This document shows positions 17,518 through 26,720 of a DNA stretch of 50,567 bases, in pieces. Location: positions 1-50,567 of the forward strand of contig CBEVQY010000021.1 of NCBI GenBank assembly GCA_965552135.1, given 5' to 3'. Both the position numbers and the translations under genes were made by a program. The notes below the pieces were generated by a model. The model searched no databases, had not been told where the DNA came from, and worked only from the letters and a program-made list of their open reading frames with translations. Positions within the stretch are counted from its first letter, which is position 1, and the number at the start of each line of letters is the position of its first letter. This DNA is from an uncultured bacterium. GTDB lineage: Bacteria > UBP14 > UBA6098 > B30-G16.

Positions 17518-18473
17518 TGGGGTTCTCCGGTCGTTTCCTCTGCCAGAAGCGACATAAGGACCGTCTCAGCCCGCAGGAGTGTGTGCGGTTCGTTCTCCGG
17601 GTCGGTCAAGAACGCCCACCTCACGCCGCTTTCGACGAAAAGCGCCAAAACGGAGCTTGGGCTTGTGTGCTGCGGCACAAACAGGGGCGGGGTCATCGCC
17701 TCGGCTATGGGATCACCGTCGTCTTTGCCTGCAAGCCCAAGGGAGTCGACGACCCCTGCAACCTCGTCTCCGTCGAAGACGACAGCCACGTCGATGTGGG
17801 TTCGAAGCGCCTTTCGCGCGGCGGAGACGGTATCTGCGAGGGAGAGCCTGAGCCACTTCTCCCGCGGAATCCCGAGCCTTTCGAGGGGGATTCTGTCCAT
17901 CTCGAGCGCTCCGGCAAGCGCCCTTATGAGCTCGGGTCGCCATTCGCCGCTGCGGCGCAAAAGCTCGATGCTCGCCCTCAGGTCCGCCTCGCTCAGCTCC
18001 TCGCTCCCAAGCCGCGGACTCCCAACAAGGGCGGCGAAGAACTCAAGAAGCGCCCTCAAAGGCAGAAGTAGCCTGAGGAGCACCTCCAGAAGCGCCGACA
18101 CAGCCCTTGCGAACTGTATGTTCCACCGCGCCGCAACGACCTTCGGCGTTATCTCCCCGAATAGGATGAGGAGGACGGTCATGATGGGCGCCGAAAGTTC
18201 CGCGCTGCGCTCCGGCGCGGCGACGGATATCATCGACGTGAAAAGCGCCGTGGCGCCGATGTTGACCAGCATGTTGCCCGAAAGGACTCCGGCAAGGAGC
18301 CTGTGCGGTTTCTCCAAGAGCCTAAGGACGCGCCCAGCCTTCGGGTCGCCCTGGGAGCGCAAACGCTCCCTGTGCAGGGGCGCAAGTGAGAAGAAAGCCG
18401 TCTCGGAACCCGAAAAGAGCGCCGAGAGAGCCAAAAGCATGCAGAGCGCCGCTATTTCCGCAAAGAGGGTCAT
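17502..18473 (-). CDS. CNNM/DUF21 membrane protein with degenerate CBS region, no CorC domain
   Basis: LSALFSGSETAFFSL, LLAGVLSGNMLVNI, LILFGEITPKVVA, and AMTPPLFVP (CBS-like). Confidence 0.85.
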   Translation of the reverse strand: MTLFAEIAALCMLLALSALFSGSETAFFSLAPLHRERLRSQGDPKAGRVLRLLEKPHRLLAGVLSGNMLVNIGATALFTSMISVAAPERSAELSAPIMTVLLILFGEITPKVVAARWNIQFARAVSALLEVLLRLLLPLRALLEFFAALVGSPRLGSEELSEADLRASIELLRRSGEWRPELIRALAGALEMDRIPLERLGIPREKWLRLSLADTVSAARKALRTHIDVAVVFDGDEVAGVVDSLGLAGKDDGDPIAEAMTPPLFVPQHTSPSSVLALFVESGVRWAFLTDPENEPHTLLRAETVLMSLLAEETTGEPQWKSS

Positions 18474-19898
18474 CTAATCTTCGCCTCCTGTGGCGGCAGC
18501 CACCATCTTCGGGAACTCGCCGCTCCACTCAATCCGCAGGGCGGAGGTGGTAGCATCGGTTATCTTGAAGTCCTCCGATATCTCCACGCCTCCCACCCAG
18601 GCGAGCCGCCTGTCGAGGAAGATGAGAGGCAAAGCCTTCCTGAATATCTGCGGAACGCCCCGCTTTTTCAGAAAGGAGGCGAGCCTGACCGAAGCGCCGC
18701 CCAGGGGCCGGAAAAGCATCGCGCCGCTGTAAGGACGTATCGATATCCTCTCGCCCCGGTAAGATATGTGCGCCACGAGCTTGTTTCGCATTTTGGGCTG
18801 TTTTGGCGGCTCCGTCAGCATAACTGAAAGCTTCCCAAGGTCGCCGTCGAGGACAAGCTCGCCGTCAGGCTCAAGCTCGGCTTGCCTAAGCTGGATGGGG
18901 ATTCTGTGTGCAAGGAGCACATATTCGCCGCAGCGCACGGCGAAGACGCCGCCGTAGATGGGAAACCTCTTTCCCCGGGGCGCTTCCGCCAGGGCGTAGA
19001 AGACCCGCTCAGCGCGCTCGAACGAAAAATCCCTAAGACCCACACCGAGCTGCGGCAAAGCTTGAGCAAGCATCTCGCCGAACGAGAAGGGATCGCTTAG
19101 GGTTTCCCTGGCGCGGAACATGATGAGTCCCTCGCATGCGGCGACAAGCGCGCGGGCGTAGCGCTCCCTGAAGCAGCCTTCAAGGGCGCGGCGCGTGTCC
19201 AGAAGAAGCCGCGAAGCCCGGTAGATGTGCCCTATGCTCTCCCCGCCGAAGTGCTTCTCGATGTAGGGCAGAAGGACGTTTCGGATGCGGTTTCGCGTGT
19301 AGCGGTTGTCGAGGTTTGACGAATCTTCGCGCCAGCTGATCCCGAGTCGGCGCAGGGCGTTCCTTATCTCGTGCCGCCAGAGGTGGAGGACCGGTCGCAC
19401 GATGTGCCTTCGCCGGGGCTGGAGGGAGGTCAGCCCCCTGACGCCGGTGCCCCTGAGCAGATTGAACATAAAGGTTTCGACGACGTCGTTTGCGGTGTGC
19501 GCCAGTGCCACAACGCCGCCGCTTTTGCGAGCCGCTTCGGCGAAAACGGATTCCCTCACCCTGCGCGCAGCCTCCTCAACGCCGAGTCGCCACTCCTTCG
19601 CGCGCTGCGCAACGTCGACCCTGTGGACCGTCAGCGGGATTCCCCACGCCTCGCACGTGTGTCTGACGAACTCCTCGTCGCCGTCCGATTCGAGACCACG
19701 CAGCATGTGGTTTATGTGGAGCGCGGAAAGCTCGATGCCAAGCTTTGAGGCAAGCTGCCTGAGTGCCCAGAGCATAAAGGTCGAGTCGCTGCCGCCCGAA
19801 ACCGCCGCGATCACACGGGAACCCTCGCCAAAAAGCCTATGGCGCAAAACCCACTCCCAAACCGAATCCAAAAGCCTTTCTTCGTCGTGATCAGGCAT
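18474..19898 (-). CDS. tilS: tRNA(Ile)-lysidine synthetase
   Basis: PP-loop AVSGGSDS, HINHMLRG, EEAARR, ALAHTANDVVETF..NLLRGTG, IVRPVL, EDSSN...YTRNRIR, and a C-terminal TilS_C-like region. Confidence 0.95.
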   Translation of the reverse strand: MPDHDEERLLDSVWEWVLRHRLFGEGSRVIAAVSGGSDSTFMLWALRQLASKLGIELSALHINHMLRGLESDGDEEFVRHTCEAWGIPLTVHRVDVAQRAKEWRLGVEEAARRVRESVFAEAARKSGGVVALAHTANDVVETFMFNLLRGTGVRGLTSLQPRRRHIVRPVLHLWRHEIRNALRRLGISWREDSSNLDNRYTRNRIRNVLLPYIEKHFGGESIGHIYRASRLLLDTRRALEGCFRERYARALVAACEGLIMFRARETLSDPFSFGEMLAQALPQLGVGLRDFSFERAERVFYALAEAPRGKRFPIYGGVFAVRCGEYVLLAHRIPIQLRQAELEPDGELVLDGDLGKLSVMLTEPPKQPKMRNKLVAHISYRGERISIRPYSGAMLFRPLGGASVRLASFLKKRGVPQIFRKALPLIFLDRRLAWVGGVEISEDFKITDATTSALRIEWSGEFPKMVAAATGGED

Positions 19899-19934
19899 AC
19901 GACCGCACGGCGATTTTGGAGCCGAATCCTCGGG

Positions 19935-21734
19935 CTAAAGGTTGCCGCTTATGCTCCGAAGCTTTCGCCTCACCTCTTCGATGTTGACGGCGTCGGGGTA
20001 TTCGTTGACGATTCTAACGAGGATTTCGCTTGCCTTTGCCGCGTTGCCTGCGCTAAGCTCGGCTTGGGCAAGCACCTCGAGCGCAAGGGGTGCGTAAAAG
20101 CTTTGCGGATATCGCTCCACAAGCTCCCGCAGCGTGGACTTAGCCGCCGTGTCGCCCAAAGCTACCTGACACAGCCCAAGCTTCCAGAGAACGTAGTCCC
20201 CGAATGCAGAAAGACTTTCGTCCTTGAGGGCGGACTCCCAAAGCCGATAGGCTTTGGCGGTGTCGTGGGAGAACGTGGCGAGCATGGGTTCCCGGACTAT
20301 CGCGGCTGCGTCCTCGCCGCTTTGGAGGATGAGCAGAAGCTCCACCGCCTCGTTCCCGAGCTCGCTTTTGGGGAACCTGCTCACGACGCCGTGCAGCGCC
20401 GCAGACGCGCTGTCGAAGGAGCCGGCGAAGAAATAGCTCATCGCAAGCAGGTATGCGACCTCGTCGTTTTTTGGGTTTTTCCCGTACGCGTCGGCGAGGA
20501 ACTCCTTCGCGCCCTCAAAGTCGCCGCGGTAGAGCAAAAGCTTTCCCTTGAGGGCGAAGGCGCGGTCCGGGGGGCGCCGCTGGGAAAGGATGGTCTCCAA
20601 CGTCTTCTCGGCTCCAGTAAGATCCCTCAGCTCCTCGATCTGGATCTCGGCTTTCTCCAGAAGGGCGTCGTTCCTCAAGGCGGTTCTGCTGTAGGCGGAG
20701 GAGGGGATGAACCGCCGCCTGTCGATGTAGCTTTCGCCTTCGCTTGCTGCGCTCTGCTCGATGATCGAGTCGAGGGCGGCCAGAGCATCCTCAAATTTCC
20801 CAAGCCCCCTGAGCGCTCGGGCAAGATATAGCCTCGCCCTGCTTTTGTACCTTGCGCCTCCTTCCTCGGCGGCGTAGCGCGCAGCGCGCTCGGCAACGTC
20901 GTAGCGCAGAATGCGGAGCATATCCTCCGCAAACCTCAGCATAAGCTCGCCCCTAAGCGAGCTTGCGCGGCTCTCCTCAGCTTTCCTTAAAGCCTCGAAG
21001 GCGGCGTCGTAGTCACCAAGCTTCTGGTCAACAAGCGATATTAGCTGCCAGGTCTGCCATTTGGGCACGTCGGTCCTGAAGAGGAGTTCGAGGGAGCTCC
21101 GCAGTTGCCTGAGCTCCTCCGGCGTCCTCTCGCCGATGTCTATGCGGTGCTTGACCTCGCCGAACCTGTCGGGATGCTCCTTCAGGTAGTTGGCGTATTC
21201 CCTTACCGCGTCGTCGAAGCGACCTTTGATCTCGTACAGGCGCGCCAGCTCGAGCGCAAACATATGCTTTTCGCCAAGCTGCCTCCGCGCCTTGGTCAGG
21301 AACTGGATGTCCCTGTCGATGTATCCCCACTGAAGCAGCGCCCGGTGTATCTTTACGACGAGGGCGGAGTTTTTTGGATCAAGCTTTGTGGCTTTTTCGA
21401 ACGCCCTCCAGGCTTCGTCGGGTTTGTTTACCGCGAGTCGTGCGGCGCCAAGCTCCGCCCAAAGCATGGGGTCCTGCGGGCGGCGGAGGACAAGAGCGCC
21501 AAGAAACGACTCGAGCTTGTCGTACGCCTTCATCCCAGCGTACGCCTCCTCGAGCATCGACTGGACGTCTTCGTCCTCCGGGTTTTGGGCAAAAAGTCTC
21601 TCCAGCACCTCCGCCGCCTTCTCGTACTTCTCGAGGGCGAGGAAGCGTCTTGCAAGCTCCTTGTCGTGGCTCTCGGCGCCCAGAGCAAGCCCCACCAGCA
21701 GGGCAAAGACGACCGAAAGCCGCCACACGCCCAT
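19935..21734 (-). CDS. Exported tetratricopeptide-repeat protein
   Basis: Signal-like N-terminus (WRLSVVFALLVGLALG) and many TPR helices (AFEKATKLDPKN, YLKEHP, VVSRFPKSE, LVERYPQS, IVNEYPD). The ATG overlaps the upstream TGA. Confidence 0.85.
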   Translation of the reverse strand: MGVWRLSVVFALLVGLALGAESHDKELARRFLALEKYEKAAEVLERLFAQNPEDEDVQSMLEEAYAGMKAYDKLESFLGALVLRRPQDPMLWAELGAARLAVNKPDEAWRAFEKATKLDPKNSALVVKIHRALLQWGYIDRDIQFLTKARRQLGEKHMFALELARLYEIKGRFDDAVREYANYLKEHPDRFGEVKHRIDIGERTPEELRQLRSSLELLFRTDVPKWQTWQLISLVDQKLGDYDAAFEALRKAEESRASSLRGELMLRFAEDMLRILRYDVAERAARYAAEEGGARYKSRARLYLARALRGLGKFEDALAALDSIIEQSAASEGESYIDRRRFIPSSAYSRTALRNDALLEKAEIQIEELRDLTGAEKTLETILSQRRPPDRAFALKGKLLLYRGDFEGAKEFLADAYGKNPKNDEVAYLLAMSYFFAGSFDSASAALHGVVSRFPKSELGNEAVELLLILQSGEDAAAIVREPMLATFSHDTAKAYRLWESALKDESLSAFGDYVLWKLGLCQVALGDTAAKSTLRELVERYPQSFYAPLALEVLAQAELSAGNAAKASEILVRIVNEYPDAVNIEEVRRKLRSISGNL

Positions 21735-21931
21735 CACCGAGACCTCCTCGAGACGAAGAACTTGATCGAGCGGTTGTACGTCCGCTCCTCTTCAGCAGTG
21801 AAAAAGCAGGCGGGAAGCTCCCCCAGCGAAAGGTGATAGGCTATGCACTCGCAGCAGTAACCCTTCTTGTTGCACGGCTCGTAGGTGCAGTTGCACCTCT
21901 CGAGATTCCTCTTGTAGTTCGGGCACTCCAT
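21734..21931 (-). CDS. Small Cys-rich protein (DUF6485-like)
   Basis: [18 protein letters not shown]....ELPACFF...E.TY.RS pattern, SD GAGGGGG, translationally coupled to the TPR gene. Confidence 0.75.
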   Translation of the reverse strand: MECPNYKRNLERCNCTYEPCNKKGYCCECIAYHLSLGELPACFFTAEEERTYNRSIKFFVSRRSR

Positions 21932-22072
21932 CCTACACCCCCTCGCTTTGAGCCTTTGTTATAATATGCTTTGTGAGGGGCGTGTCCACAGGAAATTTCG
22001 CTTGACAAAGCTTTTGGTCGGGGCGATTGTGAGGCAGCCTTGTGAGTAGGGCGAAAATTGCTTGCCAAACTC

Positions 22073-22109
22073 AAAAAGTTCTTGACAGAAGGCGTGTTGG
22101 GGATATCTA
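22073..22109 (+). promoter_or_regulatory. Candidate sigma70 promoter for the rpsQ-led ribosomal operon
   Basis: A-tract plus TTGACA (22082-22087), 16-nt spacer, TATCTA (22104-22109). A second TTGACA lies at 22002-22007. Confidence 0.5.
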
Positions 22110-22151
22110 TACGTTCTTGCGAAGTCAGTGCAGGAAAACGCGAGGAGGCTT

Positions 22152-22445
22152 ATGGGAAGGCGCAAGGTGCTACAGGGAGTGGTCATATCCGATAAGATGG
22201 ACAAGACGATAACGGTGGAGGTGAGGTACCTTAAGCCTCATCCCCTTTACAAGAAGGTTGTTCGTCGTCGCACCCGGGTGAAGGCGCACGATCCCAAAAA
22301 CGAAGCCCGGGTTGGTGATATCGTCCGCGTCATCGAATCCAGACCGTTTTCGAAAACGAAGCGTTGGGCTTTGCTTGCCATAGTGCGCAGGGCTGTGGGC
22401 ACCGAAGAAAGGAGCTCTGATGATACAGAGGCAAACAATGCTTAA
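22152..22445 (+). CDS. rpsQ: 30S ribosomal protein S17
   Basis: [56 protein letters not shown] before the ATG at 22152. Confidence 0.97.
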   Translation: MGRRKVLQGVVISDKMDKTITVEVRYLKPHPLYKKVVRRRTRVKAHDPKNEARVGDIVRVIESRPFSKTKRWALLAIVRRAVGTEERSSDDTEANNA

Positions 22446-22788
22446 CGTCGCCGACAACTCCGGCGCCAAAAAAGTTATGTGCATAGGCATCGTCCACGCC
22501 TCGAACAAGAAGTACGCCACAGTCGGCGACATCATAGCCGTGACGATAAAGGAGGCGATCCCGCACTCATGTGTGAAGAAGGGCGAGATCGCCCACGCAG
22601 TTGTCGTTCGGACGAAGAAGCCCATAAGGCGCAAGGACGGCACCTACATCCGCTTCGACGACAACGCCGCAGTCCTCATCGACAGGCACGGCGAGCCGCG
22701 GGGAACGCGCGTGTTCGGACCCGTGGCGAGGGAGCTTAGGGAAAAGGAGTTCACCAAAATAATCTCCCTCGCACCCGAGGTGCTTTAG
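22420..22788 (+). CDS. rplN: 50S ribosomal protein L14
   Basis: [47 protein letters not shown]. Confidence 0.98.
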   Translation: MIQRQTMLNVADNSGAKKVMCIGIVHASNKKYATVGDIIAVTIKEAIPHSCVKKGEIAHAVVVRTKKPIRRKDGTYIRFDDNAAVLIDRHGEPRGTRVFGPVARELREKEFTKIISLAPEVL

Positions 22789-22822
22789 GCAGGAGCAGAA
22801 CTTTCGAAGGGGTTTGGGATAG

Positions 22823-23182
22823 ATGGCGAAGAAGCGCAAAAAGAACAAGATTATCCCCGTTCGCCTCAGGATTCGGCGCGGGGATCTTGTGGAGGTTATA
22901 TCCGGCGACGATCGCGGCAAGCGCGGCAAGGTGCTTAAGGTCTTCCCGCGCGAGAGACGGATAATCGTCGAGGGGGTGAACTTCGTCAAGCGCCACGTGC
23001 GACCGAGCCAGCGCGACCCGCAGGGCGGCATCCAGGAGCGCGAAGCACCAATACACGTATCCAACGTTATGCTTGTGTGCCCAAACTGCGGCAACAGAAC
23101 CCGCGTCGGATATCACTTTATGGAGGACGGGACCAAGGTCAGGGTCTGTAAGGTGTGCCACGAAATGATAGAGTCCAAGTAG
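22823..23182 (+). CDS. rplX: 50S ribosomal protein L24
   Basis: KOW motif [34 protein letters not shown], and CPNC..CKVC. Confidence 0.97.
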   Translation: MAKKRKKNKIIPVRLRIRRGDLVEVISGDDRGKRGKVLKVFPRERRIIVEGVNFVKRHVRPSQRDPQGGIQEREAPIHVSNVMLVCPNCGNRTRVGYHFMEDGTKVRVCKVCHEMIESK

Positions 23183-23199
23183 CCACCGGGGGATTTGGT

Positions 23200-23763
23200 A
23201 TGGACGAACAGGAATACATACCGCGCTACAAGAAGATCTACAACGAGCAGGTGATCCCAAAGCTTATGGAGAGGTTTGGCTACAAGAACGTCCATCAGGT
23301 TCCGCGGCTTGAGAAGATAGTTGTGAACGTAGGCGTTGGCGAGGCGGCGAGGAACTCAAAGCTCCTTGAGGCGGTGATGAGGGACCTTGCGGTGATCACC
23401 GGTCAAAAGCCCAAGGTTTGCCGCGCGAGGAAATCGATATCCAACTTCAAGCTCCGCGCGGGGATGGCGATAGGCGCAAAGGTTACCCTTCGCGGCAAGC
23501 GGATGTGGGACTTCTACGACCGCCTGGTTAACCTCGCCATGCCGCGCATAAGGGACTTCCGCGGCGCCGACCCCGACGGATTCGACGGTCACGGAAACTA
23601 CAACTTCGGCGTCGAAGAACAGCTCATATTCCCCGAAATCGAATACGACAAGGTCGAGGCGATAAAGGGGATGAACATAACGTTCGTCACCACCGCCGAA
23701 ACCGACGAGGAAGGCTACGAGCTCCTCAAGGAGCTCGGGTTCCCGTTCAGGAGGAAAACGTAG
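23200..23763 (+). CDS. rplE: 50S ribosomal protein L5
   Basis: [61 protein letters not shown]. Confidence 0.97.
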   Translation: MDEQEYIPRYKKIYNEQVIPKLMERFGYKNVHQVPRLEKIVVNVGVGEAARNSKLLEAVMRDLAVITGQKPKVCRARKSISNFKLRAGMAIGAKVTLRGKRMWDFYDRLVNLAMPRIRDFRGADPDGFDGHGNYNFGVEEQLIFPEIEYDKVEAIKGMNITFVTTAETDEEGYELLKELGFPFRRKT

Positions 23764-23776
23764 GAGAGGTCGATAT

Positions 23777-23962
23777 ATGGCGAGGAAGGCTTTGATAGAG
23801 AAGGCGAAGCGCAAGCCCAAGTTCAAGGTTCGCCACCGCAACCGCTGCCAGCGCTGCGGCAGAGCCCGCGGATACTACCGCGACTTCGGGCTGTGCCGAA
23901 TATGCCTCAGGGAGCTGGCGAACCAGGGCGAAATCGTGGGGCTCAAAAAAGCAAGCTGGTAA
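23777..23962 (+). CDS. rpsN: 30S ribosomal protein S14, short Zn-binding type
   Basis: 61 aa with RCQRCGR...[20 protein letters not shown]. Confidence 0.97.
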   Translation: MARKALIEKAKRKPKFKVRHRNRCQRCGRARGYYRDFGLCRICLRELANQGEIVGLKKASW

Positions 23963-24026
23963 ACCCGGTGGCGCCGAAATCTCCGCTGATGCGGCGATTT
24001 AAAGTAATATAAACGGGGGCAAGGAG

Positions 24027-24428
24027 ATGGGAGTGATAATTGATCCAATAGGCGATATGCTTACACGCATCCGAAACGCCCAGATGCGCCTACACCCAAC
24101 GGTCTCAATGCCGCACAGCAGAATAAAACACCAGATAGCCCGAATCCTCACCGAAGAGGGGTATATCCGCGGCTATAAGGTTATTGCGCTCAAAGGGAAC
24201 AAGAAGATCCTTAAGCTTTATTTGAAGTATCACGGCAAGCAGCCTGCGATAAAGGGACTTGTGCGCGTCTCAAAGCCCGGCAGGAGGATCTACGCAAAGC
24301 TCTCCTCCCTTCCGTCGGTGCGGGGTGGGCTTGGGATAGCGATACTCTCAACGCCACGCGGCGTTCTTACGAACAGACAGGCAAAGCTCCTGCACGTGGG
24401 CGGAGAGGTTTTGTGCTACGTTTGGTAG
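24027..24428 (+). CDS. rpsH: 30S ribosomal protein S8
   Basis: [50 protein letters not shown]. Confidence 0.98.
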   Translation: MGVIIDPIGDMLTRIRNAQMRLHPTVSMPHSRIKHQIARILTEEGYIRGYKVIALKGNKKILKLYLKYHGKQPAIKGLVRVSKPGRRIYAKLSSLPSVRGGLGIAILSTPRGVLTNRQAKLLHVGGEVLCYVW

Positions 24429-24447
24429 ATCAAGAGGAAGGTGGGTT

Positions 24448-25032
24448 ATGTCCCGCATAGGGAGAAAGCCGATACCGATACCCGACGGCGTCCAGGTGAC
24501 GGTCGACGACGACAACACCGTCCGCGTCAAGGGACCGAAGGGCGAGCTTTCGCAGTGGGTCGACCCCATAATAGAGGTCGAGGTGGGCGACGGTCAGGTC
24601 GTTTTGCGCCGCAAAGCGGAAACACGACGCGCCAAGTCGATGCACGGGCTGTACAGAACGCTTGTCGCCAACATGATCAAAGGGGTATCGGAGGGATTTG
24701 AGAAAAAACTTGAGGTGATCGGCGTAGGATACAGAGCTGAGCAGCGCGGAAGAGGCATCATGCTTTCTCTGGGCTATTCGCACCAGATCTTCTTCGTTCC
24801 GCCGGAGGGCGTTGAGGTCATCGTGGAGCCGATTACCACCAAGGTCGTGGCGGAGGGAACGCCGAACCAGTACCTCACCGCGGTGATAACGGTGAGGGGA
24901 TGCGACAAGCAGCTTGTCGGCTACGTTGCGGCGCAGATACGCTCCCTGAAAAAGCCCGATGTCTACAAAAGCAAGGGGATAAGGTACATGGGCGAGCGCG
25001 TTCGCCTCAAGGCTGGCAAGGCCGGTGTGTAA
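24448..25032 (+). CDS. rplF: 50S ribosomal protein L6
   Basis: MSRIGRKPI, VKGPKGEL, HGLYRTLVANMI.GVS.GF, GVGYRA, LGYSH, DKQLVG..AA.IR..KKPDVYK.KGIRY. Confidence 0.97.
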   Translation: MSRIGRKPIPIPDGVQVTVDDDNTVRVKGPKGELSQWVDPIIEVEVGDGQVVLRRKAETRRAKSMHGLYRTLVANMIKGVSEGFEKKLEVIGVGYRAEQRGRGIMLSLGYSHQIFFVPPEGVEVIVEPITTKVVAEGTPNQYLTAVITVRGCDKQLVGYVAAQIRSLKKPDVYKSKGIRYMGERVRLKAGKAGV

Positions 25033-25044
25033 AGGAGCCTTAAG

Positions 25045-25419
25045 ATGCGCAGGAAAGAGCTTTTAAAGAAATACCAGAGGCGTCGGCGCAGGATCTTCCG
25101 CGTGCGGAAGAAGATCTTCGGCACACCTGAGCGACCAAGGCTTGCGGTCTACAGAAGCCTCAGACACATCTACGCCCAGATAATAGACGACACCGCGGGA
25201 CGCACGATAGTTTCAGCCTCGACCCTTTCGCCGGAGATAAGGGACGAGGTGAAAGGCAAGACGAAGACCGAGCAGGCGGCGCTTGTGGGTAAACTCATCG
25301 CACAGCGCGCCATAAACGCCGGAGTGGAGAAGGTCGTCTTCGACAGGCGGGGCTTTAAGTATCACGGTCGCGTCAAAGCCCTCGCCGAGGCTGCGCGCGA
25401 GGCAGGACTCAAATTCTGA
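25045..25419 (+). CDS. rplR: 50S ribosomal protein L18
   Basis: [50 protein letters not shown]. Confidence 0.98.
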   Translation: MRRKELLKKYQRRRRRIFRVRKKIFGTPERPRLAVYRSLRHIYAQIIDDTAGRTIVSASTLSPEIRDEVKGKTKTEQAALVGKLIAQRAINAGVEKVVFDRRGFKYHGRVKALAEAAREAGLKF

Positions 25420-25543
25420 TGGCAGCGCTCAAAGCCAACAAGATGGGCGGCTGCAGAGGGCTGGATTGGACGGAAAGAGGGGGGCTTTATATACATAGTC
25501 GCGGACTTTGTATACGTCGTAATATCAAGGAGGGTTCGCCGAG

Positions 25544-26056
25544 GTGTTCGACAGAAGAGACGACATAGGCGAGGCGCTTGAGGAAAGGGTTATCTTCATA
25601 AACCGCGTGGCGAAGGTCGTCAAGGGGGGCAAGAACCTTTCCTTCTCCGCCGTTGTTGCTGTTGGTGATAAGGCTGGTCGAGTTGGGGTTGGTTTGGGCA
25701 AGGCGAGGGAGGTCGCCGACGCCATCCGCAAGGGAAGCGAGATCGCCCGAAAGAACATGAAGCAATATCCTCTCTCCGACGGCGGCAGGACGATCCCCCA
25801 TCCCGTCGAGGCGCGCTTTGGCGCGACCTACGTTATCCTTAAACCTGCGGCGCCGGGCACGGGCGTTCGAGCCGGCGGAGCAGTGCGCGCCATACTCGAA
25901 GCACTCGGCGTGCAGGACGCAATAACCAAAGTGCTCGGATCAAGAACGCCCATAAACGTCGCATACGCCACCATAAAGGCGCTCGACGACCTCGAGTCGC
26001 TCGAACAGGTAGCCCGAAGAAGGGGCATCCCCGTAGAAAGGCTTAAGGGACGATAA
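25544..26056 (+). CDS. rpsE: 30S ribosomal protein S5
   Basis: [51 protein letters not shown]. Confidence 0.97.
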   Translation: MFDRRDDIGEALEERVIFINRVAKVVKGGKNLSFSAVVAVGDKAGRVGVGLGKAREVADAIRKGSEIARKNMKQYPLSDGGRTIPHPVEARFGATYVILKPAAPGTGVRAGGAVRAILEALGVQDAITKVLGSRTPINVAYATIKALDDLESLEQVARRRGIPVERLKGR

Positions 26057-26074
26057 ACCCAGAGGGGCTTCTCG

Positions 26075-26263
26075 ATGAAGAAGGTTCGAATAACACAGGT
26101 AAAAAGCGCCATAGGCTACGCCAAGGACCAGAAGGATACCCTTCGGGCTCTGCGGCTGGGTAAGCTCCACAAAACGGTCGTTCACAACGCCACCCCGCAG
26201 ATCATGGGGATGATACGCAAGGTCAGGCATCTTGTCGAGTACGAGGTGTTCGAGGAGGAGTGA
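26075..26263 (+). CDS. rpmD: 50S ribosomal protein L30
   Basis: [10 protein letters not shown]....[10 protein letters not shown]...TVVH..TPQI.GMI.KVRHLV. Confidence 0.96.
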   Translation: MKKVRITQVKSAIGYAKDQKDTLRALRLGKLHKTVVHNATPQIMGMIRKVRHLVEYEVFEEE

Positions 26264-26267
26264 CGTT

Positions 26268-26717
26268 ATGCTTCGTATAGGCAACCTAAGACCTCCCAAG
26301 GGTGCGGTGAAGAAGCGCAAGCGCGTGGGTCGTGGCGAGAGCTCGGGTCACGGCAAGACCTCGGGAAGGGGGCATAAAGGTGCACTTGCGCGAAGCGGAA
26401 CGAAGCGCTACCCGTGGTTCGAGGGCGGGCAGATGCCCCTCTCGCGCAGACTGCCCAAAAAGGGCTTCTCCAACGCACCCTTCAAAAAGCGCTACCAGAT
26501 CGTGAACATCCGCGACCTTCTGCGCTTCGAGGAGGGAACCGAGATCACCCCCGAGCTTCTGCGCCAGCACCGGATCGTTAAGCGCAAAGGTCCCATAAAG
26601 CTTCTTGCCGACGGGAAACTTAAGGTCGCCCTCACCGTCAGGCTTCACGCAGCCTCCAAAAGCGCCATCGAAAAACTCGAAGCGGTCGGAGGTAAGTTCG
26701 AACAGATAGGGAGATAG
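26268..26717 (+). CDS. rplO: 50S ribosomal protein L15
   Basis: RKRVGRGESSGHGKTSGRGHKG..ARSG, FEGGQMPL.RRLPKKGF, SKSAIEK.EA.GG. Confidence 0.97.
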   Translation: MLRIGNLRPPKGAVKKRKRVGRGESSGHGKTSGRGHKGALARSGTKRYPWFEGGQMPLSRRLPKKGFSNAPFKKRYQIVNIRDLLRFEEGTEITPELLRQHRIVKRKGPIKLLADGKLKVALTVRLHAASKSAIEKLEAVGGKFEQIGR

Positions 26718-26720
26718 TCT

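Noticed and set aside
25420..25543. Small gene or ncRNA in the unusually long rplR-rpsE gap
   Set aside because: I found no convincing ORF or stable fold. The AT-rich patch could be an internal promoter but lacks a clear -35 box.
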